64,000 nucleotides of DNA from assembly GCA_977016875.1 (NCBI GenBank), contig CDRNST010000123.1, forward strand, positions 372,001-436,000, written 5' to 3'. The position numbers were made by a program, and so were the translations under genes. Shown here one piece after another: positions 36,146-49,300 of the stretch; position 1 is the first letter of the stretch, and every line of letters begins with the position of its first letter. A model generated the notes under the pieces. That model was given only the letters and a program-made list of their open reading frames with translations, was not told where the DNA came from and did not search any database. The stretch comes from Pavona decussata (Eukaryota).

Positions 36146-38354
36146 GTAAAATAAAGAAAATAAATTAAAATAATAAAAAAAGATAATTAGTATTGTGGAG
36201 TTCAAGATATAGTGTCGAAGTCGATTTTCTACAGCTTAAAGAACTCTTCCCCCAGCCTCTGTCCTTAGTTTTTCTTTAACACTTAAAGTATAAGGTCAAA
36301 AGGAAAGAATTTGACAAATTGGACAAAAAGAAGTTATTAGTAACATGTAACTAAGCAATTTTTTTAGACTTTTTCTTTCAGGATTGGTTGGCATTTTCAC
36401 AGGGAATTGCTCAGTTGACTCTCCAAGGAAAACTCCAGTTTGAAAATGGTGGGGCTCCCCTGAAACAGGACAACTTCGCCTTCTGCAAGGTAATGATTTT
36501 TCTTTTTAGTTTCTGTTTGCTATTACAAACCTTAAACAGTAAAAAAAAAAAAAAAACAAAAAAAAAAAACGATAACAAACAAACAAACAAACAAAAAAAC
36601 ATAACCCCATCGAGGTAAGGTGTTGATTCCTCCCCAACTAGGTCACTAATATTTAGAGATATCAAAAAAACGTTCTGAGGACACGATGGGACACTATTTC
36701 GTTATGATCTCACTTCTGAAATTACAATACAATACAATACAATACAATTCAATACAATACAACATTTATTTTGCCATATACTCAACATTTACAGATGGAA
36801 AGAAAAATAAAGAAAATTGATGAAAAAAAATAAATGGCCAGAAAACCTGAAAGAAACCACGAGGCTTATAACAAGTCCGGATTCCTCACTTAAAATAACT
36901 AATCTTATATTAGAATTACAATATGGACTTATGGTAATTAACTTTGACCGCGCACACGTACACACACACACACACGCACACTTATATTAAGTAAGTTAGT
37001 TTAGAAATTAAAATAGATGAAAAATATCTGGCACTAAAACTGTAAAAATACCGCGAATGTTCTAAAAACCCTAAAGTATAACCTGTAAATGTAAAGCAAA
37101 TTTTAGGATTTCCTTTAACTTACGTCATCAACTTCGCTGTCACGCTTACATCTCTCAGGACACTTATGGACCTTTAGCCTTTGCATTTTCTTTGTCACAG
37201 GTGTTTAATTTTACGGAAAAGTTTTATGCACCTCCTGTTGTCATGGTAACAGTCAATCATCTATACGATAGCAAGAACGTGTACTCAGTTAAGCCGGAAA
37301 ACAACGTCCTTAACACCTGGAACGAGGTAAGTTACCATTTTTACTAACAAGTAGATTTGAATAGGAAAAGCACCTTCGGTATAAACTACCGTCGCATAAA
37401 TACACAACTTTCAAACTACATGTTAAATCCGGCTGCTATTCCGCTCAAGACGTACCAAGTTTCATGCAATACAATTATCTTCAACCTTGAAACCTTGAAG
37501 AAAGTTATCATTCAGAGCATTGATCGCCATTTTACTTATTTGAGTTCATTTCTGCTCTTATCACAGGAAACAACAATTTCTTATGTTCGCGTGTGCATAA
37601 AAGACTTGGCAGGAATACAGAGCCAACATGATCCGGTCACAGTTGATTACGCAGTTATTGGAGGTAAACAAGTTGTTACGTTACTGTAACAACTAAATTA
37701 CCAAATGGGTACACCTTTGAAAAAATGCACATGCTTGTATTACTTGGTGTATTAAACAAAAGGGACACTCAACGATTCTTTTAAGTGAAGTAGGTCTTCA
37801 AAAGGCCTTTGTTGATGGAAATTATGAGTTTTTTCTGCTATGAAAGTTTTCGAACAGACAAATACGTCGTTTAGCGTGTAATAAAAGGTCAGCTAGGATT
37901 TTTGGAAAGCCAAAAACAGCTCGCAAACTCCGGGAATGGGCTTCTGTTCTCTGAAAGTTTGAGCTACTTAAAAGGTCAGCTCTGAGGTGAATGAATGGAA
38001 GTGTGTTTAGTTACACAAATATCAGTTTGTAAGGTAAGAAAACGCAACCTTTGAAGGGTTTATTTACATTTTCTCGTCTGGTGCCCTTGAAACATTTAAG
38101 GCGGGAAAAATTTGCAAGTTCTGTTTTGACGTACATGCAAAACACGAACCAGCTACAGTTGAAAAGCTTGGACAATTACTTACTGTGATGAAATGTGACA
38201 TTTTAATGGTCCAATTATCCATGTTTGCTCACAAGACGCCCAGTGATGTAATCTAAACCCTCGTAAAGTGACAATGATTTTATGATGCGGGCTATTATCG
38301 GTTCTATCACTTTCTTTTTCCTTATTGCTTTTCCTCTTAATTTATGTTATACAG

Positions 38355-38573
38355 ATGTTGATCCTTGCATTAATGTTTCCTGTAAGTACTTTGCCGTTTG
38401 TAAGGCATTTGGTCCCAGGGACGCGCGATGCATATGCGTGGATAATTGTCCGTCGTATGAAGAGCCTGTGTGTTCCTCTAATGGTATCACATATGACAAT
38501 GTGTGTGTGTTCCAGCGAGAAATGTGCCATCTGAGAGCAAATTTTACTGTCTATCATCCGGGTGACTGTACAG
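38355..38573 (+). CDS. Copy B follistatin/Kazal exon
   Basis: Three aa differences from copy A exon 2241-2459. Confidence 0.9.
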
Positions 38574-39050
38574 GTAACATCGCTGAATTCACTCTCTTTT
38601 CATAGAGGTATTGTAACCCTTTAGTTACCAGGGTAGGGAATTTATTTCCCTTAAAAATGGAAATGCTTACAAAGACACTTGTCGAGCTCATCCTTTTCGA
38701 CAGAATCTTACAAACCCAATATTTTGAGATGGTGCATAAAATGTACTTTGGTATAACATATGGACATTACTGGATCTGTTAAAATTGCGACGTGACGAAC
38801 AGTAAAAATATTCGGAAAACAGTAAAACCTCTTCGTGTAAACTACTGAACTACAGAAAGCTCTAAGATTAAGTGGCTATATATGGCTACTGGTTGTGCAA
38901 AGGGATAATCAATTGCAAGCAATTAAAAGTGGATAGTAACAGTTACACGGAACTAAAGAAAAAAAAAACGACTATACAAACTACAGCTTCTAACGAATGT
39001 CATCATGAGAATCGATATAAGAAGCGTGAACTTCCAAACAGTGTATTTAA

Positions 39051-39131
39051 GGACGGTGTCCACTAATACTGAAACATTTTTGCGCGGTTTATGACTATGC
39101 GGGAAAAGCAGATCTTTGCAAGGGCTATTGG

Positions 39132-39163
<32 letters not shown>

Positions 39164-39444
39164 TTTTTTAGTAAAAAAATAATTAAGCCACAATTATTCT
39201 AAAAAGCCGTAAAATACAAAGCAGTGTATGGCATTATTTTTCCAAATTAAAGCTTTATTATCTCTTAAATGGTTACCACCCAATTTTCATTTTGGATACC
39301 AAGAGCACTTGCTGAGTTCTGCTTTCTCCGCATTGCTTTAAACCGCGCAAAAATACCCCTGTATTAGCAAGTACCACCCAAAGGAAACCCGAGTATCTCC
39401 AGATGCGCAGAATGTATGTGCAGTAACAAAAGTAGGCAACGTCC
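39051..39444. mobile_element. TTAA-flanked MITE (Kolobok-like)
   Basis: TTAA|GGACGGTG...CAACGTCC|TTAA; absent from the homologous intron of copy A. Confidence 0.7.
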
Positions 39445-42400
39445 TTAAACGACAGCTATATCACAAAAAAATGAAGATGTGAAGTAATATGAAGATTTTT
39501 ACAGAATTTGCTGTATTCACTTGAATCATTATAAACTGTTTCACACCAATGAATCTGACAGCAATCTTTAGGCGCATAAGCCTGGTGAAGCTCAAGCAAA
39601 GTATGGCAACTTGACCCTCAATACCTATGGCAACAGCATTGTAGTCCTATTATAAGAAAGAATTGAGATAATGTTGTTAAGTTATTTCCAGGATTTCCAT
39701 CGCAAAAGGGCCGCCATCGCCTCCGCCACTATCCAGTTTGGGCTGAAGCAGTTTGTGAACAATTTCCATTTGCTCCTTACATCTTTTATCCTGACAAACC
39801 GGTTCACATACAGGTTTCCGTCAATCACGTGAACTTCTCAGATCCCAGATATGTCCACGAAGCTGTGGTTGCCTGGGTTGAAGAAATCATGGAGAATAAT
39901 TTTACCGTTTGTGTTACACAGGCTGGGAGAAACGAGAAGAGAAATGGAGAGACGTTTGCTACAGTTGACTGGCTTGCCTACCAGGGGGCCCCTGACGGGG
40001 GAGTGTCTGGTGAAATGGACATGCCGACTTGGTGGACTGGAACGAGTTGTCGTACCGTGCCACTTCCCTCGGTAGGAGGCAAACTGCTATTGGTTTATTT
40101 TTGAAACTGAGTTTCAAAATTTTGATCTGTTCCGGTGGTTTCAACACAAACCTCAACACTAGCTTACTCAGAGTACTGAAAAAAAAAGACTGACGTAATG
40201 GGAAAAAGTACGGTGAATTAAATCATAACTTTAGCCAAAAATCAGAGATTTTCAAGATTTGAGTTCGGTTTAGGTGAAATAAATTTTCATTTACCGCCTT
40301 GATGTGCATAAAAACATTCACATTGCCGTTGAAATTGAGGCCATTTTTTGTTGTCCTTGATTACAGAGCAAGTTTAAGTCGACGCCCAGAGTTCTAGTGT
40401 CAGCGGAGCATGAAAGGCGTGGTGTGAAGCACGATGCATCTTCTGTGTGGTTAGAAGATATCACGAAAACGTCTTTCAAGATCTGCGTTCGAGAATTACA
40501 GAACTTTGATGGAGTTCACCGAAGTATTCATGTTGTGAGTGGTTTAAGTTAATACTCTCTTTATAATTTCTTCAAGTTCAAACTTCGCGTCAAAACTCAG
40601 CCGAAGCCTGTTATATGAAAAACTGCACTCAATTTATCTCTTTGTTGGATGGTACAGTTGGAGGACAGTTGTTATTTGAGTTTTACTAAAGTACGTTTTT
40701 AATGTTTTATCTTAGATCCGTACTTTCCATTATAACACAAAAAGAAATATCGTGCTGTTTGACTTATATAGTCTTGCACTGGGTATTGTTAGGACAGAGG
40801 ATCACTCTTGCTCTTGGAAAATAGTTCTCAGAAAAGTGCCATTAACGTAATAACAAACGATGGCTTCTTTATAGGATTGAATAGCATTTGAAGAGCTTCA
40901 TCGACCTCTGTTTAGAGAGCATGGAGCTATATACTTCTCCAATTCGAACAAGCCATCCCGAGATTTCAACTATGCGTTTTGTGAGGTAAGTAAGTCATTA
41001 TTCTGCTCACAGGTTTGTTACGTTCTCCATCTACCTTTACAACCAATCACGTTTTCTTGTGCGGCTGCAGCGTCATTTTTAGGTGACACACGCGCATCTA
41101 TACATTCACGCTTGCAGTCGCGGCTGCATTTGCGCATGCACACACCCATGGCCACGCATACAAACACGCACTTACGCCTGTGCGCACTAACTTTTTCGTT
41201 TACTTTTTCATTCGTTCTTCTGTTCGTTTTCTTTCAGATGTACTCTTGCCCACTCATACATTCTCAACTCTTAACAGTAATCCTAACCATTCATCTCTCA
41301 TTTCCTTTTTTCTCTCTCCTTCCTTCCCTTCATTCCCTCTTCCTTCCTTTCTTCCTTTCTTCCTTTCTTTCTTTTTGTTCCATCCTCTACTTTTATAATA
41401 GCTCGATTAATTGGTTCACTTGTTTATTTCATTTTTTGTTTAAAATGTTCCAAACTTGCCAAGGCCGGTTTTGTTTTGAACTGTCATTCACAAGCAGTTG
41501 AAATCTCTCTTTTTTTTTTCTAATTTAGGATGTCGTGTTTAAGAAGCATTACAATGACTCTCCCGAAGTCTTAGTGTCAGCAAACCAGTCAACAAGCGGA
41601 GGAAATCTCAATCCTTTGTACAACTCCATTTCAGCATGGTATAAGGTAAGATATCACTTTTTTTGTCAACATGTATCTAGGAAATGAAAACTTTCTGGGA
41701 GTAATATCAAACGGCAGCATTTGAAAGTCAATCTTAGCTTCATTTGTGTTTTGTAGTTAACGTAGAAAGATGTGAAGATACAGTGTAGAGTAAGCGTTAA
41801 TAGCATGTAAGGCGAGGAGATCCTTGGTTTGAGGATTGATCCTAGCTCGCTGAACGGGTGAGGGTATTATAGAGGCGAGAAAGGCCTTGCGATGAACTGA
41901 CTTCCTATATAGCGACGTATAGTTATTCTTTAGTGACTTCACACCAAGAAAACTGGAGGTCAGCTTTGTGCAACTACAGGAACAGCTAGACATACTCTTT
42001 AGTTGTACAGGGAAGCATCCTTAATGCGACCACTTTCTGGACGTAAACGGATGTGAAAGTAATAACGGGGTGGTCGGAATAATGAGGTTGTTAATTTAAG
42101 GGAATGACTGGACTTTTGATTCGTTTGGGGCACAAACAAGTGGTCGATCGCAATAACGAGGTGGTCGTATTACCTAGGGGGTTCTACTGTATTTACTTTA
42201 TTTCCACTGTAGTATTTGCATGTTATTAATTTCTAAAATATTGTATTCTTTGTATCTTTGCAGTACATAAACAAGACGGGCTTTAGAGCCTGTGTGAAGG
42301 AACTATTTGTACAACAACATGACCCTCTGTCAGTGTGTTACGCAGTTTTGCCAGATAGGGCCTTAACCATAGCTAATGTTATAGCGCTGAAATTCTTGAA

Positions 42401-42712
42401 CTGACTAAAAATCGATGTCATATTTCTCACATTATGGAAATGTGATCTTTTCTTAAGGAGAAATTTTTATGTATGATTGCAGACGTGAAATTTTATTCCC
42501 ACCTTGCCAAACTTTAGTCTACCAAAGCTACTGCGTACAAGGCAAGCCAAATTATGGGTCGGCTCAGAATCTTCACAAACGTGTTGTCGGGTTTGTTTGT
42601 TTGTTTTTTTTTTTTTTTCGTCAAACAGCCTTTTCAGTAGCGTTGGACTTCATTTTCAAATTAAGGGAAAATTACAGTAACGACAGCAACATTATCGTTT
42701 TATTTCCCACAG

Positions 42713-43545
42713 ACGTCTGTAAACCCGGCTGGAGTTTCTACAATGGGTCCTGTTACTTCACCAGTGAAACATGCGAGACTTGGTCCAATGCAAGTATAAT
42801 CTGCAGAGCCATGGGTGCAAATCTAGCTGCTATTGAAAGCCAGGAAGAAAACGTATATATCCAGCACAGGCACAATGGCGACAAGGCGTGGATCGGTTTA
42901 AATGAGATTGCCACAGAAGGATTGTTCAGCTGGGTGGATGGATCCCGGGGGGGGGGGGTACTCCCCTATATAAGGTATATAGGTATGTGCCGCCCCAAAG
43001 GGTATGGTTTTTAAGCCGTTTTGGTCTGAAATAGGGTATAGATTTTGACAATTACGGTCTGAAATGGGGTCGGGTTTTTGGGGCCGGGAACATTTACGAA
43101 AGCTTACAAACATATTTTTCTTCTCAGTACGTAACTGGAACGACTAACGGATAGCGAGAAAAAGAAATAGATAAACTATGTCATTCCAGCTTACTTTTAC
43201 TCCTTGCGTCAACTTCCGTTCGGCACTGATGCATAATTATCAGGTCTGAAAACGGGTATAAATTTTAGAGGTCAGGTCTGAAAAAGGGTGTAGAAAATGG
43301 CATGTTTAGGTCTGAAATAGGGTCGGGATTTGAAGACCCGGGCGGCACACCCCCACCAAGAATTCCGAGAAGTACCCCCCCCCCCCCCCCGGGGGATGGA
43401 TGTCCTGATAAATTTCGCTACTGGGCTCAAAACCAACCAAACGACTTTAGAGGGGAGGACTGCGTCCACACGCTCGGGGCAGGGCATGGATACATGTGGA
43501 ATGACGTGGATTGCTCTGCCTGTCATCAGTACTCATGCAAGAAAG
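42713..43545 (+). pseudogene. Copy B C-type lectin exon interrupted by MITE
   Basis: The CTLD reads ...FSWVDG, then a 450-bp insertion, then [17 protein letters not shown]...WND. Confidence 0.92.
42944..43393. mobile_element. 450-bp MITE with CCCGGG(G)nTACT TIRs
   Basis: 8-bp TSD GGATGGAT (42936-42943, 43394-43401); the empty site is visible in copy A. Confidence 0.93.
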
Positions 43546-43551
43546 GTAAAT

Positions 43552-45648
43552 GAGCCAACCGTGACAATTCCACCCAGGGGTCCTCTTGATATTGTGCTCG
43601 ATGTGTCATCGTATGCCTGGAAATGTAAGATGAAACAGACACAGTGTATTAAAGTCGCGCAGTTTCATCTTGCGCTTTCGAGACAAACTCGTGCCTTGCG
43701 ACGCGCAGTGTTTTCCGGAGAGGTATTGTATGATTCCACGATCAACTGCCGATTTTGCCATTGGTTTACCTTCGTTTTCATAACATTTCCTAGCCCAGAC
43801 TGTCACAAAGGAATGGGATTTTTTGTATTTATCGATAATTGCGGCGGGCAGCAATTTAATTTATTGAATAACAGCAGACCACTTCCTCTGCTCGGGGATT
43901 TACCTTTACACATGCATATTCGACTTGGTAAGTTGTATCTACCATAAAGCCGAGGAAAATAGATCTTGGGTCATTCGTTTTTATTTTCTTCACCTGGGAA
44001 TGCGATGCTCAGATGAATCGACGCCAGCCTCGAGAAAATAATGTACTTATGAAATTTCGTTGTATTAGTGTGAATTGTCCCAGCTTTGTCTGTCTTTGAA
44101 TTTGGCTAACACATTTCCTCTCAGCATTTTAATAACGCAAGTATCATAGGATTGAAATGTCGAAAAGCAACGTATACGTTTATGAATTAGAACGATATTT
44201 TGGAAGGATGTACCTCTTTAGACCATTGCCGAGAGTCGAAGTCTTGTTGAATCTTTGTTATTATGGCGGGAAACTGATCGAGGTTGGGAAACTCGCGCGT
44301 ATTCGACATGGATTCACGATCATATAAAAGCAAGGCAAGGCATTTGTGAGTAGTGAAATTTGTAAATAGGCTATATCAATTTTAAGATTCTGTTTTTTGA
44401 ACTTATCAGTTGTATTGCATAGCTTGGCTCTTAGTCATTTATTTACTGCATTGTTTATATCTACCGCGCTACATTAATTCAGCCATCACCGCGAGATATT
44501 AATCCTGTTCTGCTTTACTTGGGTAGTCAGTTTTAATTTTAACTGTTGTTATCTGTCGAGCAGACTGCTTTTCTTGGGTAGTCAGTTCTTCCCAGAACTG
44601 TTCCTATCTGTCGAGCAAACTGCTTTACTTGGGTAGTCAGTTCTTTATTAAGCTGTTGTTATCTGTCGAGCAGAACATTAACCGGCTAACCTCGAGCAGA
44701 ATTTTCTGCTTCCACTAATTAATATCGCAATAACCAATTCTGCTCTACTTGAGTAGTCAGCTTTCTTTTCAGCTAGCTGTTGTTATCTGTCGGGCAGGAT
44801 ATTAATCCAGCTTACTGTAATATTCTGCTTTGTAATATTTTGCTTTTGCGTTGCGCATAGCTGCTCTGTCTAGTACAAATGTAGTATAGAGTAACATTGC
44901 TTTGTAGTCCCAATTCTTTATAACTCTTTATGAGAGGAATACCAACCTCGCACTCCAGTTTATCAACTATTCCTTTTTTCTTCCATTTTAGGGCCGTCCG
45001 AATGCAACGCGCGGAGACTATCACTTGCTTTGTATCATCAATGTACAATTGTATCACTTTTCTTTCTTTCTTTTTTTTGTGTGGAAAAAAGACTCCAATT
45101 TTGTGTAATGTGATAACAACGTTCATAAAAACACAGTGTCTAGCGCGGCTTGTGCTACAATAAATATTGTTACATTTTGTGCAGGAAATAAATGTCCCAA
45201 ACTCTGTGCCGCGATTCTACTGCTTTTGGCAGGAACTGTTTGCGTTCGTTCTTTGATTCGATTTTCTTTTAAAATGCTAAATCTCCCAATTGCCTATTTT
45301 GAGAGGTTCATATTATATTAAGTCTGTGTCTTGGAGTTACTATTCAGACAAAAGAACCATGTCTTACAAAAAGCATAAGAACCTTCGTTACTGGTTACCG
45401 TTCGCGTGGATAAAACGAAAGCATTCCTCGCGCGTTCGATCTGCACAAACCACGATGGCTGGGATTCTGTTTCTCTCTGCGTGACTGCTGGAACTCCGCG
45501 CGTGTGAAAAGAGACCATTCCGACCATGAATTATAACACGCAAAGGTGCCAAACGATTTCTCTTGTTGCAGTTAATGATAAGCCATTGGTGATTTCAACT
45601 CACCGTAAGCTCATTAGCATACATTTTTTTCTTCACCTAAGCTCATCA
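43552..45648 (-). mobile_element. About 2.1-kb interspersed element, inverted copy 2, just after the CTLD donor of copy B
   Basis: Reverse complement of 15441-17572; imperfect TIR GAGCCAACCGTGA / GAGCTTACGGTGA (Sola2-like, uncertain). Confidence 0.8.
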
Positions 45649-46376
45649 GTAAGACGCTGCAAATGTAGTAAGCTTCTCAGCAATAAGATTGCGAACACCA
45701 TGAAAAGGGCATAGTAACTTTGAAGAATAGTATGGTTAATTATGCGACGGTTTTACCGGGAATAAATTTTTACCGGGGCGATTTTCTTGTTTTTCCTTAA
45801 AGGTTACAGATTCTTTTCTTTGTGTACCTTAGTGGTACTAATAATTCGATGGTGGGGTGATCGGGGAACAACTCTTCGTGAAACCTACTTTTTATCAAAA
45901 GTCGCAAAAATTAGAACCCGCAAGCACTGCATACCATACGGTATTTTTAGTCTTTCACGTCTGATTTCCGCGAGCGAGGAGTTCGTAAAAAAGACAGCGG
46001 ATGAGGACATCGCTGGAGTCAAGTACAGTATATATATATTCGGGTGATATTTTGAAGTCTTCGGTTAATGAGCTAATTGGACCTTTGGGCTAAATTAATG
46101 CATGTACCCGAAAAACTCTTCATTTGTTCAATGTTACAGTTATTTCGTACGATTCAAGACTAAATCAAACTCTTATTTTTAACTCTATAGTGAGCTACAT
46201 TCTCCTAAGTTTTACCTCCTCCTAAGTTTTAAGAGTCCCAGTAAAACTTGATTGAATACATTTACTTTGTAGTGTTTGAAATACAAAACATTTATTTACT
46301 AGTCAAGTACAGATAGATATAGCCCGTGGTAAAATTAAGATTATTCAGTTCAGTGATGTTATTTTTCTAAAACTAG

Positions 46377-49300
46377 ATTATGACGAATGCATCAGCAATC
46401 CATGTTTGAATGGAGGTACTTGTGTGAACGGCGAAAGAAAATTCAGCTGCATCTGTCCTCGGACATATAAAGGAAGAACGTGTCAAGGTTAGTTCACTCA
46501 CAAACGTTGAAACAAGAGTAAGGAAAAGTTGGGAACACGGTTTTGAACTGACGGCGACTGCTCCTGTCGTTGTTTTAGAGGTCGAAAACTTGAAAAGATT
46601 TCATAAAATGCTGTGAGTTATTTCCTCAGCTTGAATTAGATGGTATAGTTTTGTCATCTCTGTTCGTATGTATCAGATTTCGGCCATCGTGATTCTTAGC
46701 TCAACGTACTGGCAACATTTTCCTAATCACGCAGTACGTCATTCCAAAAAACGCCCAAGACTTAAATCAGCGGAAAATTTGAGCTAGCAAAGACAGTGAG
46801 TATTTGTCACACAGCCATTGCTAAAAACGTGTTTATGCCGACAGCGGCGCCTATATATAACCGTCGCGCACGAGAGACTGAAATGGGTATAATTGCGGTC
46901 AAGCACGAGGCCAGGATTCACTGAATCACGGATCATTTGTTGGGTTAATTTGGCCACTCACGCGGTGTTTATTTCAAACCATTTAAATGCTAAGGTATCA
47001 AATTAATCAAGTAAACATCGCTTTTTGTAAACTCATAGTATTTGTTTCAGTGAATTAAGTTGGGGCAAAAAATAGCCCAATAAGAGGTAGCAAGAGCAGA
47101 GGAGGAGTCAAGGGGATGGTGGAGAGCCGAATAAAGAAAAGTAACGTAAGCTTTGAAAGCTTAGCAGCTATCACGATCGGCGTTGGCAGAAAAAAGAGGC
47201 GAGAGATTGCTGAGCTCGCGAATTTATAGCTCGCTCTGCGTGTGGCGTCGAGCCTGCTATTGTTAATATCTTGGCTAACAACCTCTGAAGCCATTTACGC
47301 GAAAAAAAAAAACAAAAACAAAAAACAACAATAAAATAACAACAACAACAACAACAACAAAAAAATGTTTATTCACCAGACTTAAAATATAACATCACAC
47401 TTCTTTTCGCATGTACCACACATCGACATTCAAATCTTAGCTGCAGTATGCAGGATGTTTGCCACATGAACCTAGTTTAATGGCCTTAGCTCCCACTAGT
47501 CTCCAGTAGCTCAGTGGTAGAGCATTCGAACTAGTAATCGGATAGTCATAGGTTCGACTCCTTATGGGAGAACTAGGATTTCTGTTTCTGAGTATGCCAC
47601 TAACTGAAAAATACATCTATCAATGTGTGTTGGTAGCTTCTGTTCGTTGTTTATTGTAGAGCTAGCTCCAATTGTTAATTCAAAGAGTGGCTAACTTTAT
47701 ACAGCTGATAAGTCGCTATACCCAGCGGATAAAATGTATTAGCTGGAGTACATCTTATCCGCTCTTTGCGGAATGGCCGGATCCTGATGCCACATTTTCC
47801 CACTCCATCCGTTAGTTTCATTTACCCGGCCGAGGGCTTAATTTTCTGGACGCCATCTTGGTGAGGAATTTCTCTACAATTAACATTTTATAAAAATATA
47901 ACTCTCATTCTGGATGTTTTTTTCTCGTTTCAGCGTTTGACGAATGCTCCAGCAATCCTTGTCTGAATGGAGGCACTTGTACTGATGGAAACAATAACTA
48001 CACATGCGCATGTCCTTCACCATTTTATGAAAGGCAGTGTCTAGGTGAGGGATCAATTTCGCTTAAGGGCCCATTAAAGTATCTTTTGATGCCGTTGCTA
48101 GGGAAAAATCAATTTGCTAGAACTCTGCACGTGTATGTTTCAATTGGGCCAAATTTGGGTGATACCCATAGGGGGTAAATATGGTCCAGTTCGTGACGTC
48201 ATCGGACCACGTCCAATGTAACGTGACCAGAAACAGAAAAAAAATGAGAATGGAAATTGTGCTTCTTTGACCACTCTTTTTCGCATATTTTTTTTGTTTT
48301 TCATTTTGTCGCAAAACCCATGCTTGAATTCCGAGAAAATATGATGTTCTTTCGAATTGTTTTAAAATCCAGCAACTACAATTATCTCTCGAGGAGAAAA
48401 GTTCTTTTTTCGCGGCACCGGAAGTGGTGAGCGAATTTTCAGCAGCCTGGTGCCTAAGCATTGTTGGCCAGGCTGCTCAACCGCTTATCCCTTCCCAGTT
48501 AGCACCTTGGCCGCGCGTTGTTCGGTGTGAGTACGCAATAATTTTGCCAGTCTTCGCATCGTGAACGGTAGCTGAGCTGTTATTCGAATAGTCGAATAGT
48601 GACCCCGAGTCAGATAAAATCCGTCGAACTGGATGTGCAATGACGAGTTATCTCCACGTCGAACTGCTTCAGTTCTTGCTTCTTGCACGCTCCAGTCGGC
48701 GATCCTTTTTACAAACGGTGCGATCCCTTCACTGAATATGGATCCACTGAGTGGAACTGACGTGATCCAGACCGAGAGTCCGGAGAATTTTGTGGTAATC
48801 TTTGGAATATTGCCCATTGACAAGGAATGAAAGAGCAACGAGATTACGAATTGCATATCTTGGATGAGTTGTGGCTTTAACGACAAGAATGCTACTCTTC
48901 AAGTTGACTTTTTTCGCTCATCGACTACACTCGAACTCGAACTCTTCAACTGTGTTTTGTTTTACCGAACGAAATTCGAATTCAGTTTCTTTTTCACAGT
49001 CACAGTGTTGTAGATTACTTAAATTACTGTTAACTAGGTTCTCAAGCGAGGTTGTTGTTGTAAGGAGAAGTTATCCATCACAAGTTTCGAGCTCACCATT
49101 ATCAGTAAGGTTTTCTATCGAGTGGTTAGTATTTTTTTATGTAAGAATGAAGTTCTTGTGCTAGAGCTGCTTTCAAGGATAATTTACAAGCCTCCTTGCT
49201 CACCGTCTACTGCTCCATGCTGTCTTGGGAGAATGGTTGCAATTTAGTGGCCTCGATAGCTTCGTTTATTTGTGTTATATCTAAACAGTGGAGTTTCTCA

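Noticed and set aside
40878-40880. In-frame TGA as selenocysteine or readthrough
   Set aside because: It aligns to a conserved Trp (TGG) in copy A, not Cys, and other lesions lie nearby.
41112-41501. Hydrophobic 129-aa ORF (membrane-protein-like)
   Set aside because: Arises from a pyrimidine-rich intron tract; the frame is not conserved in copy A.
43330-43947. 205-aa ORF
   Set aside because: Chance read-through across a MITE end, an off-frame exon and a repeat.
47500-47571. Functional tRNA gene (also 54112-54183 and about 12195-12255)
   Set aside because: Mismatched stems, irregular anticodon loop, and shared repeat flanks.
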